Shown in pieces: positions 1-13,100 of a stretch of 64,000 nt of DNA. The notes below the pieces were generated by a model. It was given only the letters and a program-made list of their open reading frames with translations. It did no database searches and was not told the DNA's origin. Source of the DNA: Lingula anatina. Lineage: Eukaryota > Animalia > Brachiopoda. The stretch lies in the NCBI GenBank assembly GCA_051362555.1, contig CM120643.1, forward strand, positions 22,758,848 through 22,822,847, given 5' to 3'. The position numbers were made by a program, and so were the translations under genes. How positions within the stretch are numbered: position 1 is the stretch's first letter; each line of letters starts with the position of its first letter.

Positions 1-3000
1 GAAAGATCAGTATACATTTGTTACAGCTAATGTGTGTTTGCTGCCTAACTGTGTGGGGAGGATGAATAATTTGACTCATAATACCCTCAGAGGCTCTGAG
101 ATGGGCAGAGAGTTTGCTAGGACTGGAGCCAAAGTTTCAGGTGATTGTGATGGTTGTGACGGAACATCACATCTAACGCAATTGTCTAAAGCTAACACTA
201 CAATTAAAAATAATGGTCATGTTCAAAATGGTGCAGCTCCTGTAAGAATACCAGCAGCAAAGGGAAAAGAAGAGGATCCTATAGATCATGCCATTCTCAC
301 AGAATTTCCAGCATCTGATTTTGTCTGCTTCCAAGAAACATTTGATCGACAGAGCAGTAAAAGATTGGTAGAAGAACTTCACAAGTGCTATCCATACATT
401 ATCTATGACGTAGGTGTTCATAGCTTGCATAGTAATTTTTATACCTACAACAGTGGCCTTGCCATTGCCAGCAAGTATCCTATAATGCATGCAGAATTTG
501 ACTACTTTCAAGACAGTAAAATGCAGTGCCGTTTGTCCTCCAAAGGAGTTCTTATCACTAAAGTAAGTGTGATAGTGGTGTGCTTCAAGATATTATGGCA
601 GGTTAAAATGTTTAATTTAAAAAGTATTATGTTTTACTTAAATGGCTGGAAGGTTTTGGGCTGTAATATATATCCTTTCATCTTCAGTGTATGACCAGTA
701 AGTGGTTTGCAACATGAATCATTTCAGGGAGCACTAGGTCTTGGGCCATCACATACTACATATTTTGTACATGAAAATGACATTTTTATGCCCTCATTGT
801 CCTAAGATTAACAGCATATGTTTTTTAAAATCTATATCAGCAGTGGCAAGTTGCTTCTGAAAATGCTGAACCTGCAGAAGTATATAAATTTTTAATTGAA
901 GTAGTTCTGGCACATATAACATATATTTGGTGGTTCAGCACTCAGGCACATTCCAAAAATGGGAGCATCTAGATCTAAATCACACTGAACACATTTAGTG
1001 AATTTACTATGGCATATTGTCATAATTTCAGATCCTATTAGGACAGAACAGCACAGGACAAGATGTAGTTGGATACCTGACAAATACTCACTTACAAGCA
1101 TATCCAGGTAAACTTAAGGTGGTGAGGTTGTAAGTTAAAAGTTGCTGTATTGATTAAGGTATATACACACTATATCAGGCTAAGAATACAATAATGAAAA
1201 GCTTGGATATGAAATGTTTGTTTATAATTGGATATGTCAAGAGAAAAAAGTTCAGATATGATGAGAAAGAGACAATATATGTAATGTTCTTTGTCTTAAA
1301 TCATCCTGTTTTCTTTTTTGGTACTTTTTCTGATGTCCTGAAATTACAACCCCCAACTCATCAAATTGCATTTTTACATTAAAGCAAAAAAGCAGTGCAT
1401 GTCTTATTGACTTGGCCTAAGTCAAATAGAAAAAAATAAAGGGTCTGCTAATTGCTTGATTGATAAACAGGTAATGAAATTTTTAGGGACCTTAGAAATA
1501 TTGCAATAATTGTAGTTTTTCTTGTCAAAACCCTTTAAGTCCTATCATAAGTGAATTAGGCAATGGAAAAATAAATATTTCAGTAATATCAAGATATATT
1601 ATCTTAATTGCAGGCAAGGATAAAACACATCTAAAACAGTTAGACTGCTTGGTGCAATGGTTGGAGGAGTTTAGGTCCAAGAAGGATTCCTTTGGGGAAG
1701 TGGTCGCCTTTGATGTAGTGTGCGGTGACTTCAACTTTGATAATATGTCTCCAGGTAAGTTACATATTTCAGGTACAGCGATATACAGTTGGGCCCTATT
1801 ACATGTAAGTTTATATGACTGTGAGATGTGCATAAAATATTGCATAATTATGCAGGGGCGGATTTAGGCCGTCTTCTGGGTCTTCCAGAAGACGGTCAGA
1901 TTTTCAAGTTTACATTGACAGGTATCTAATGTTTTCTGTCGGAAGACGGTCAAAAATGTAGGATGGATCAACAAAGATAATTTTGAAGACTGTCAGAAAA
2001 TATCTCTGGATCCGCCCCTGTCATGCACCTAGAATATTGCATGATCATTTAATTAATTTTTTCTTTGGGGAGAAGGGGGTTAGGGGGTGTTCATGGGAGA
2101 GTGCCTCCTTTAAGCAAAAAGGCTAGATTTTAACAAAGTAAATGGAAATTAATTAAGTTGTCTTATTTATTTACTTGTTTGTTTGAATGCATCTTGGTGA
2201 TTTGTGCAAATAGGAAAATTTGGTTTGCTTTTTTCACTTTTTTGTTCCTGTTTTGAAATGAATGAGGATTTATATTCTTTGAGCTCAAAATGATACATGT
2301 TTTCACAAAACAAATGTATTTGTGTATCCAGGTCACCACTATTGCTGGGAGCATCCCCTGTTTGATAAGTATGTCGATATCTGTCGAGTGAAGCCAGGTT
2401 TAGATAAGGAATGGGTGCTTGGTAAGCTGTACCTTTTTTTTCACTTTTATTTTTTGGATTACATGCATATATTCAAATTACACTAAACTCATGTGAAACA
2501 TGGAAGCCATGTATTGCACCCTTTTAAAGACTTGTATACTGTCCAAGGGTGAACTGAATTTATATTTTCTTTCTTCTTTCAACAATTGGAGACTGTTGGA
2601 GACTTTGCAAAATCATTGTGATGAAAAATACTGAACATTTGTTTAAATGGAGTGAATGGCTTCCTCTTTGTGTGTGTTTGTGTCTGTCAGTGCATCATAA
2701 AAAAACGTAAAATTTAATTTTTCAGGCACTGATCGTCGGCACATACCCATGTGGGATCCAAGGATAGGAACACCAGAGAAATTTAAATCTGCCCTAGAGG
2801 ATCCCGCCTTATGCCAGTATTATGTGTTTGATGCTGACATAGAGGTCAGTAGTCTGGATTACGCTGGTGTGATGCCAGAGAGAGATGAACATGGTGATAT
2901 TATTTTGAAGCCCACTGTAGGTGGAAAGAGGAGACTGGATTACATACTGTTCAGAAGGGGCAGTATTCAGGTAGTTGCAATAAAAAAGTTGAAAAACAGA

Positions 3001-3321
3001 ATGTAATGTATTTGAATATTTCTTGATGTTTTAACTGTTACAGTGATATTTTATAAAGCTGAAAAGAAGTGTATAGATGTTGAGGCATGAGAAATAAAGC
3101 ATTTAGAGATATAACAAATTATGTATCAGCTAGATCAAGTTTCATGAATAGAATTATTTAAAAAAATTACAGCATAAATGAATTCATTTATTTAGCCATT
3201 TATTTATTTCCATTATATTTTTCAGAATGTAACCAGGTTAAATTTTGTGACCCAGTTGGTTTTACTGACTGACCACATCCCAGTAAGCATGACCTTGAGA
3301 ACTATAAAAGCGGCCAAATAG
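1..3321 (+). CDS. SMPD3: Neutral sphingomyelinase (SMPD3/nSMase2-like, EEP fold), 5'-truncated, 6 exons in window
   Basis: Exons <1-562, 1032-1107, 1614-1754, 2332-2421, 2726-2970, 3226-3321, all GT-AG and phase-consistent. Motifs FVTANVCLLP, DFVCFQETFD, NSGLAIASKYPI, SKGVL, VVGYLTNTHLQA, VCGDFNFDN, GKRRLDYILF and LTDHIPVSM match the nSMase2/SMPD5 catalytic domain. SMPD3 vs SMPD5 orthology is not resolvable by eye. Confidence 0.93.
1853..2020. mobile_element. hAT-like MITE (family D), copy 1
   Basis: TIRs CAGGGGCGGAT...ATCCGCCCCTG; near-identical copy in opposite orientation at 8027-8197; imperfect 5-bp flanks TTATG/TCATG. Confidence 0.8.
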
Positions 3322-3920
3322 CCCAAACAATATACTTAACTACATGTAGTGGCTATTTGGCTATTTGGCTATCTGATCCCAAACCAGGCATCCAAACAAC
3401 TAGTCCATATTATAGTCAAATAACCAAGTCAGGTGGTCAAAAAATCAGACCAAAGTGCCAAGTAGCCAGACACTCTAATCAGATAGCCAAATAGCCAAGC
3501 CATCCACACAAATAACCAGACCATGTATAACCAAATAGCCAAGCCAGGAGGCCGAGAAACTAGACCAGAGTGCCAAATAGCCAATTCATACGTCTAAATA
3601 TATATGGACCAGATAGCCAAATAGCCATGGGGCTAAAAATATATAGACCGGATAGCCAAATAGCCAAGCCATGTGGCTAAATATACAGAACAGATAGCCA
3701 AATAACTGTACCAGGTAACCATATAACAGGACAATTTGCCAAGTAGCCATTCCAGGTAGTCAGGTGCACAAATCAGATAGTCAAATGTCCAGGATATAAA
3801 GTCAAACAACCATTCCAGGTAGTTGGGGAACCTGTAGCAGAAATCAGGAACCCATACCCGACCGCCAAATATGTCCAGGCCAATGGTTAAATAATGAGTT
3901 CATATTATTGCCAAATAGAC
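3310..3920. repeat. Degenerate (GA)TAGCCAAATAGCCAAG-type repeat array in SMPD3 3' UTR
   Basis: Many copies of AGCCAAATAGCC/GCCAAGTAGCC, with an inverted block GGCTATTTGGCTATTTGGCTATCTG at ~3351-3375. Confidence 0.75.
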
Positions 3921-4074
3921 AACATTGCTCAGTAACACAAACAGATATTTGAAAAATATGATTAATCACATGTGTTTAGATTAAGAGAAAAATTATTGCA
4001 TTTATTCATCCTGTCTGAAATTGATTTAAAGGAATATATAGCTGCCTGGTGGTTTTGAACGGGTTAAAGTTTAC

Positions 4075-4412
4075 TTAAAGGGATAATAACTCTTCGTATG
4101 AGATCTATATTTCACAATAAAAACACTGTGAACAACTCATAGAAAAATGATATACCAAAAAAAACGGCATTTATAGCTATTATTCTGATATCTGAGCTTG
4201 TCTTTAGACCACGTGATCTCCATTGATGGCTATACTCTGTTATAATCTCTTAAGAGATTATAACAAAAAAACAAACTTTTTAGAAAAAAAAACCAGGGAC
4301 TAACTTTGAATGTAAAAATGGATTCATTAACCATTGGCAAGTATGGGAAAATTGTTGTTTACTCCAGGAAAATTCATTTTTTGACCAAAGCGAAGAGTTA
4401 TTATCCCTTTAA
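4075..4412. mobile_element. Kolobok/T2-like MITE (family A), copy 1
   Basis: TTAA|AGGGATAATAACTCTTCG...CGAAGAGTTATTATCCCT|TTAA. TTAA TSD with 5'-AG termini is the Kolobok signature; four copies in window. Confidence 0.88.
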
Positions 4413-5774
4413 AACCCCACTTTCTGTCTAAATACAATATATTTACGGATAGAACCTGAGAATGAATTACTTTTTGTTAATCTCTTCAATATAAATATTA
4501 TATCTAGAACTGTAGTTGTTGCAGAAAAGCTTAATTTATTTCAATGTGTCAATCTAGGTGTTTTGTTTTCAACCCAGTGTGCAAGTAAAAACTGTGCATT
4601 ATTTATTGAAAAATCTCATTCATTTTAAAGAGACTGTGATTGTCACAAAAGAAATGCTATTAGGTATTTTACAGAAAAAATTTTAAAGGTCTATTGGCCA
4701 GAAAGCAAGAAATCATGTCCACCAAAAAACAATTCTTAAAATATAGTTTAATTTTTTGTATAATTTATATACCATTTGTCTTATCTCAATTTTGCTACAG
4801 GTGTTAATGTTATAAAGAAAAAAAAACAAACAGGTGAAAATAGCAGATGTGATACTTAAAAATTAGAAAACATAAACGAACAAATGTTGAGTGTATGCTC
4901 TTCTATTTAATAAAAAGTTCAGATTTAATAGAATCAAATGATAAGTATATGTACACCTGTAGTTTTGTTCATGAAACATTTAAAAGTTTAAATATAATAA
5001 ATGAATTTCTATTTAAAAATGAGTTAAACATGCTTCGGTTGACTGCATATATATATATCACTGTCAGCAAGATGGTTTATTTTTTCAAGGCCACACCTGT
5101 TGCCAAATATAGCTAGCAGTGGTCACAAAATAAATTTCAAAAGGGGTAGGGATCTGAAAAAATTGGGCCTTTTTACCCCTTCTACTCCAGCATAGAAAAT
5201 GGCATAGATCCTAGGTCAAATTTTGATTCAAAGTCAACTTTTTCTTGCCATAACTTTAAGGGGGCATTCTAACAGGACTGGTCTTGGCTTAAGAGTATAA
5301 GGGAAAAAATGAGTGAGAGCCATTGTGATTCTGTCCAATTTGTTACTTATCATGGTAAGATTTTGCCATATGATAAAATTGTTGTTATGTCTCTCATTTA
5401 TGGCTATGTAGTATTTTTGAGTGTCAAAACATATTCTGTTATAGTGTAACATTTTGTGACTTAAACATTTATCATATATACAGTACAGTGTCAAGCTCGG
5501 AATCAAATTGTGAAAAGTCATGTATACAGATTTGCTCTACAATGATAAGAGCTCTTTATGAGGAAGGCATGAAGTACCAGTAGCAAACAGGCTAATTATA
5601 GTGTTATTATATGAAGGACACAAGAAAGCAAAAAATGCTCTTTTTGCCTAGTTCTACTTGTAATGTTTTTTTTTTTTTTTTTTTTTTACTTAGATTTGTC
5701 ATTATTTTTATGCAAGTTGAGCTCAGATAATGCTGCATTTATGTGTTGCAACACTGCTATATTATTGAAATACA

Positions 5775-5780
5775 AATAAA
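5775..5780 (+). terminator. Candidate polyadenylation signal of SMPD3-like gene
   Basis: AATAAA followed by GT/T-rich downstream sequence, just before the CpG-containing promoter region of the next gene. Confidence 0.35.
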
Positions 5781-6584
5781 CCTGATTTGTTGTGAAATGG
5801 TGTTGCAAGAGTTTTTTTATTTATTTATGTTGTGACGAACATTTTATATAAAGTACTTTTATTTAAAATTTGAAGTGCACAAAATATGTCAACATTTAGA
5901 ATCGAGTAATGGGCAAGACTGAACATTTTGTTTCGAAAAAAGGAGAAAATAATACTTTAGTTGGGTATGGTTTATTGAAAACGCAATTAAGGGGACACAA
6001 TGTATGTAAAAGGTATCATATATCTTTTATTTTCCATGAAGGTAAAATTTTCTTTGAAAAAAAATCCTGATACTTGTGAATCAAAGTGCTAAACCTGACA
6101 TTTTATTTTATTTCTTATTAATTAAATAAATCTATGTAAATGAAAACCCTTAGAAAAATATAACTAATGTCTCCATAATTTTCTGCAGTCAAGCACTCTG
6201 ATTCTGCCTTGAGTAAACGCGGTGCATGTTTTGTCTAGGGGCCGAAAGTCGAGTTCTTTTCTATAGGTTGTTAAAAACCCATTCGCATTGTGCTAATCCA
6301 TTGTCCAATTACAACCACACGCCCACACAAACGTATTGTTGTCAGTGTTAATTGTGGGCATTTTCTTCTTTTTCTTATCAACCTATTCGCTGGTTTTAGC
6401 CGTCTTTCTCTCTTTCTTTACCCCCCCCCCCTCCCCCCACTGCCCTCCTTAATAAACCCAAACTTATGACGCATTATTACACATCTGGTTGTAAACATTA
6501 GCCCCCCCCCCCCCACCCCCTCTTCTTGATGCTAAACCACTCCCTTCCCACACATTTCCCATTTATGGTCAGTCCACATGCCTC

Positions 6585-6681
6585 TGACTCATGGGGGATT
6601 CCCCTACTTTTATGTGACAAGATCTGCGCAGATGCGTATTCGGGTTAGTAGCTGGACAAGAATGAAAGTTTGAAGGTAAGG
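6585..6681 (+). promoter_or_regulatory. Putative promoter and non-coding first exon of the TNFR-like gene: AP-1 + NF-kappaB sites
   Basis: TGACTCA (6585-6591) two bases before GGGGATTCCCC (6594-6604); splice donor AAG|GTAAGG at 6676; second kappaB-like GGGGATTCTT at 6681; local CpG enrichment. Confidence 0.6.
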
Positions 6682-7016
6682 GGGATTCTTGTTTTAATTT
6701 AGAAGTGACGCATACCTAACGACTAGAGCAACAGTCAAGCAGCGTTCGATCTGAGAGGATTTAACAATGTTACACTGTCCCTGTTATTGTTGAATGTTGC
6801 CGGTTGCAGTGTTGTTGTCCAACGCCAACTGCGCCGTCAACAGGTTTCACAATGAAACGTGTTCTTGCGCAATCCACATCCAGATTAGTCTGTATTCAAT
6901 GTGCATTAGCTTTCACCATGTATAGTGAGTCTGAGGTTAGAATCGTTCGAAGTATAAGCAGGACATGCATATGATACTTTCCTACGTGTTCTGGCACTGG
7001 TAGGCCTACATGTACG

Positions 7017-7452
7017 AGGCAGATCCTGAATTATTGAAAAGGGGGGCGTGGGGGGGGGGGGGATGTCCGCGGATGCGAAGCCGACCCTCCCACACCCCCA
7101 CCTCCATATCCCACTTGGCGTGGGGTTCGGGGTTCGCTGAAGCGCCCCGAAAATTTTTGGTAATTTAGAGGGCGAACGGTGCCATTTGGTAGGGCCCTCT
7201 GTACCAGGGTCGCAGTTGTTGTTGTTGTGGACATTTTTGGCTGAATCGATATCAGACCAAAATGACTGTCTATTTATCTAGAGACATGTCTGTAAATATC
7301 TGTGGAAAATCAATCTGACGCCCTGGTAGAGGGTAGCCATTTGGTGGGGTTTAGAACTATGATTAGCTAGTCAAATTCTAATTTCAGGAGGGGACCAGGA
7401 ATCGAAGGGGGGGGGGGGGTTAGGACCCCCCCCCCCCCCCCCACGACCCCCC
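7017..7452. mobile_element. Degraded GGCGGATCC-type (hAT-like) MITE relic containing a nested family G MITE (7195-7335)
   Basis: Ends AGGCAGATCC... and ...AATCCGCC with poly-G/poly-C subterminal tracts; nested element ends CCCTGGTAGAGGGTA, matching family G. Confidence 0.5.
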
Positions 7453-8026
7453 ACTCCCTAAATCCGCCAAGGCATGTAGGCCCTGGCCCCTACTACATCA
7501 CACATTGTAGCTTTCCATTGTTGCATGTCATACATGAAATCAAGGTGGTGACGGTGGTGGTTGTTGGGGGGTGGGGGGGTGGGGGTGGGGGGGGGGAGGG
7601 TGGACATAAGTCAATGATATTAAATTACAAAAATGAGGGCTACCCTATCTGTTATATAAAATTGGAAAAATGATACCAAATGCTGTGAAAGAGAAGCATA
7701 TGCACTGAATCCATGCATCATATATAATTATTGAAAATTCAAGATCATGAAATTCAAACTAGGACCATTTATTAAGTAAAAGGCCTCATGGTGACTTAAT
7801 TAAATCACCTGCATTAGTACGTGATTCAAACCTGATGCTTTTTTAGCAACACTTCAATAATTTTTATGTTTTGTCATTTATTTGTCTGCCCATTTGATTT
7901 ATACCTTTGCCTTGTTTCATAACTAGGAAAGGATTTTATTTTCATTTTGCATTTTTGTTGGGCTACTCACTGTAATGATCTACTGTAGGCCTATCTTCTC
8001 CTTTTTGTTTCCTTTTGTTCTTTGAG

Positions 8027-8197
8027 CAGGGGCGGATCCAGATATATTTTCTGACAGTCTTTCAAATTATCTTTATTGATCCATATCCTCCATTTTTGAC
8101 CATCTTCCGACAGAAAAAAATTAGATACCCGTCGATGTAAACTTGAAAATCTGACCGTCTTCCAGAGGACCCACAAGACGGCCTAAATCCGCCCCTG
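8027..8197. mobile_element. hAT-like MITE (family D), copy 2
   Basis: CAGGGGCGGATCC...AATCCGCCCCTG; reverse complement of 1853-2020. Confidence 0.8.
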
Positions 8198-8867
8198 GTC
8201 ATGTGACATAAAAATCTAGCTGTCATGAATTTGACAGATAAGTTTTTAGTTTTAAATACTTCAATTTCTGTGCCCAGTGACCGATATGTTAGATACATCA
8301 GGAGTGATTTTTCATTCAGAAAAAAAAAGAGTGCTGTACATCACTCAATTGCTTTCTATATTTTATTGATTAAACAAAATGAACAACAGGGAAGAAGTGC
8401 CAAGTGGAAAAGGCCTTCATGTGGACACCACTATAGTTTGACTTCATTCATGTTTAGTTAGCTTTATATATGATGGCCCATGGTATTTGATGGTCCATGG
8501 GATACTATCTATAATGAAGTGACTCGAGTAGCCGGTAGTTTGAGAGACCATGTGCTCTTTATTCTGTCTGTACTAACTTAAGTGTATAACTGATGATGTA
8601 AACTCTACACATAAGATATAACACGGGCATGAAGTTAAACTACTACATTACACTATCCGATACTGCTGTCTTCCACTAAGTCCAACTGCCACGAAGATTT
8701 CACAAGAACGTTATTATTTCTGCTTAGATATATGGAACAGAGTCATTGTGCTAATCCCTTGTGCAATTTCAACCACACACCATGCTATTTTATTGTTGTC
8801 AGTGTTGTGGGCATAAATTTTCCTACAAAATCTTACAGAATTCTTACTTCTAGGGATCTGACCCTCA

Positions 8868-9041
8868 GGGGGCGTCTCGATAGTCCGAAGGTTCATTGGT
8901 CCGAAGGTTCATTGGTCCGAAAAGTGGTAACATTTTCGTCGATTTTTTAATCAAGGGTTCATTGGTCCAAAGGTTCTATAGTGAACATTCAGACCAATGA
9001 ACCTTCGGACTATTGAACCTTCGGACTATCGCTACGGCCCC
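8868..9041. mobile_element. Foldback MITE with modular TIRs and 8-bp TSD (family F; Merlin/MULE-like)
   Basis: GACCCTCA at 8860-8867 and 9042-9049; GGGG...CCCC termini; arms built from 15-bp units GGTCCGAAGGTTCAT(T) and their complements. Confidence 0.85.
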
Positions 9042-10124
9042 GACCCTCAACTGTATGCCTCCAGAGCTTAATCTGTACTATAGCTGATCTCTACTGTTAG
9101 AATTCGAATTCCTAATATCTGTGTTAAATATGAGGAATGACAGATGCCCTGTCTTAATTTAATTGGCCAGCTTACCTGTCACTCACGCTATCTACTACAA
9201 CTGTACTTTGATTTTTAACAAAGACAATACACATGGATATTTAAATAATTGAAAATGAAGACAATTGAAGCTGCCTTTCTGATATCGTTGCAATAGGATA
9301 TAGTAATCCTCTTATTGATATATTACAACTACATTGTTACAAAAGCTAACTGCATGGTTGGACATACCATTCATTTAGAAGGACATTGGTCCGTCCACTT
9401 ATACCACCAGATATCTTTAACCCGTGATGCTCTTTAAAATCCCATCAACTTAAGTCATTTTAACTTAGACCAGTTATCTCTAGCAATAGGTCACTGTTTG
9501 AAAAGCTTGATGTGTGCTGACTGTCATATTTATTTTTTAATAAAAAAAGAAATTTTATTAACTAAGAAATAAATGCTAAATGACTAAGAAATAAATAACA
9601 CTAAATAACTGTTATAATTTCATATGTCAAAGTGTGCCTTTATGCAACTTGCATGTTTAAGTTTTATCTTAAGGGCATTCTAAGAAAACAATTGCTATGA
9701 CTAAGTTGATATTTGGACTATGAGATATTTAGGAGCTGACTGCAGGTCTGTATATCAGACTCATGGATTAGAGGTATTAATTTGAACTTCAAGATGAATC
9801 CCTGAATTAAGCTGGAAGAGGGATAAGAGCTTGGCATTCAAAATTTAAAAGCACTGTGGTAACTCATATTGTGAGAGAAAGGTCTACATTTAGTTTACTT
9901 TCAATTTAGAATTGGCATTTGGTCTTCAGGATAATAACGCCGTGACCGGCAGATCCAGGATGTTGATAAGGTGACCCAGTCCAACCACGTACAGCTTGCT
10001 TTATTGAGAAGTTTTTGCAGCAGCTAGGGCACAATCAGGGCAGGAGTATTGTAATTTAGTTGTTATTCCATTACAGATGACATGATGAGGACCATCCATG
10101 TGTAATATGTATTAGAAATAGAAA

Positions 10125-13100
10125 ATGGATTCCCAGCTGATGAGGTAATAAAATCATGTAAAAATTGTTGATTTTTTGGCTGAAATTAACATTACTGAGT
10201 TATGAACTTGTTTGCAGAGTATTAGAAGCAGTTTTATTCACTTTAAGCTTGTGGCAAATATTTAGTTCATTTATAAGACAATAATGTGTATCTGTACATT
10301 TGACAAGTTGCATTTATTTTTAGTTGACAAAGGCAGGCTGTAGGTCACTGGGGATGATGAGGCTGTTGGCTGCCCTCCAAATTATAGCAGTAAGTTTGTG
10401 TATTCTTTGTCACGGAATTATTTAAGAAATGAGTCAAAGTATGAGAATTTTTCAAAAAAATCAAACAATAGTTTCAAATCATACTTCTATTTAAGTTTGA
10501 GTCTTTATAAATGCTTGGACCATAAAGTCCCAGACATTAATTTAAGCCACTTAAACTGAATGCAATTTAGCAAGAATCCTCAAGGAGTTGGATCGATCCA
10601 ACTAGTATAATAGTCTGGGGTGGCGCTAGCAATTTTTTTTGTTTAGCCAAATTACCACTTTTTCATTGCTTTTTTGTCCAAATGGTTTAAATTTGACTAA
10701 AATAAGTCATATCAACCCCATTTTGTTTAGCCAATTTCAGTCACTTTTAGCATTTGGCTAAATTGGTGAGTGTTAGCGCTACCCCAGATAGTATATAGTA
10801 TATAGTATCATACTGAGGTCTATGTGAACACCTATTTTGTGTTCATCCTTGAGTTACTGATCTTAAAAGTCGTGTCTCGGTTAAGCATATTATTTTATAC
10901 TGTATTTTCTATTTCATATTGCTTTCAAGGTGTATGTATATTTGACTTGTCACGTACAAGCTCAATTTTTTGTTGAAAAGAGCCAGTGTCCATTTTGGTG
11001 AGTACACATGGATCAAACTGATATTTAATAATGAAAAAAATTACACATGCATACACACACATGTACTAATATAATATAATATAATATAATATAATATAAT
11101 ATAATATAGAAATATGCAATATAAAACTCCACCAGGCTGATATTTTTCCATTGTTGATTCCAAAATTAAATCATCTACCAAGTAACAATACATTAGCTAT
11201 GAAATTGCCCTAGCTTCTAGATAATTCTGCAAAGCAAATACATATAGTATGTGACTTTCAAACTTTGAAGGGCTCCAAACATTATACCTTAGGATATAAA
11301 TTAAGTACAAATCCCAGTTTGTCAAATTTGACTCTGGCAAATACACATTGTTAATAGACCCAAAACACTTCTCGGGTTTGGCCTGTATATTATATCTAAT
11401 TAAATGCAATTAATGATTATACTTTTCCACACTCAACATATCAAATAGTGACAAAATAAGTTAAAGTAGGCAATTGTAGCCTTGTTATACCATACTCTGT
11501 AATTCAAACAATTTAACTTTGTATTTTTTTTTTCTTCAGGATGTACAATGACACTACTACTCCAGGTGGTGGATGTAAATTCTGTAAAGTCTGTAGGGTG
11601 GATGCTCAGGGAATTATCACACAGTCTGACAAGGTGCTAAATAGAGAATGTACCATGATACCGAAGGAGCACCATTTGATACTGATGACTGGAGAAACAA
11701 GATCACGACCACTGTTTTGCAGTGAGGGAGAAGATGCAAGTACGTAAGCAGAATTATTGTTCTAAACCTAGATCCTCAGGGTACTAATGGAAGGTGAACC
11801 TAAATGTTTATAATTGATTTTGATTAATTGATTCATCATTATCTTAATCTTTTTATGGTAATTACTCAATATTTTCAGTAGGCAAAAAAATGATCAATCA
11901 TAATTTTATAATCACATAAATTATATATATATATATATATATATAGCATTTGTGGTGCTTTTGCTGCATAGCATAGAACTATAGAGTATCTATAGAATTG
12001 TCTTTTTATGTATTGTCTTTTTTCCTGCCCACCAACTATGTACATTTGTAGTTGAGGGAAGATGCGTAAAGTGCATAAAGGTTGACTTTTCCTGGTAAGA
12101 AGAGATGCAACCAATGAAGCAGTGATAATTCAGCCTGCTGAAATCATACTGTGAAAGATATGACCACTTTTATATAAAACACGGCTTGACATGGAGGGAA
12201 TTCAGCTAGAAGTCCATATTGGCTTGTATTTTAAATCCATAGAATATTGATAAAGGCATTGCTACTAATAGAATAAATAAAAGAATTGTTGGCAGACATT
12301 TATAATCACCCACTTTTATCTCCAGAATGTGAAGACATCAACTATGTCTACCCTGTTAAAAATGGCGCCTGGAAGTGCGATAACACACTGGATCCCACCT
12401 GGTACTTCACCAACTGTACACTGCAGTGTGATGGAGGCTATGAACTTCAGGGTACACCTACAGTCCAGTGTGGATCTAACTTGACATGGGGGAATGACAT
12501 TCCACGCTGTAAACCAGGTAGTGTGTCATTTTTTTAAATTTTAATATATATTTTTAATTAAATATACTGAAAATGAAAACCTTGAACATTGGAATACATC
12601 TAGACAACTTGGCAATGCTCATTTGGAGAGGTTGTGAAAGCTGATAATCTTTCTTAAATAAAGGGTCATTCTCAGGAAGGGGGGTGCTATGCTCTCTTTC
12701 CCTCAAAACTATTTGTCTGTAGACATGTCAAGCAGACATATTCTCAATAAATAAATAAATGAATAAATAGAATTAATATTTATTTTGAGTCTAAAGACCA
12801 AATTCGTTCAGTAGACCTTACAATACCTAGTGAAAAAAAATTTTAAAAGCTCGTAAAAATTGATTAAAACAAGAAAATTGATTAAAACAATTATTGTAGA
12901 AATTAAAATGTTACTTGATCACTCACTTTGAAAGTCATTAATAAAAATTCTATTCAATTTTTTTTTAATAGATATATCTTGAAAGCCTCAGTCTATCTTT
13001 TGGCATGCCTGCTCTGGCAGGGGCAAAATTATTGCCTGCATTTCAAGGTTTTTACTGTGAATCAGTATTTGTTTAAAATATTTGAATACTTTATGACAAA

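Noticed and set aside
563-694. Hydrophobic tail of the 220-aa ORF
   Set aside because: Intron after the AAA|GTAAGT donor; homology continues in the exon at 1032.
3310-9041. CRISPR-like appearance of the short repeat arrays at 3310-3920 and 8868-9041
   Set aside because: Eukaryotic context, degenerate or inverted units, no regular unique spacers and no cas genes.
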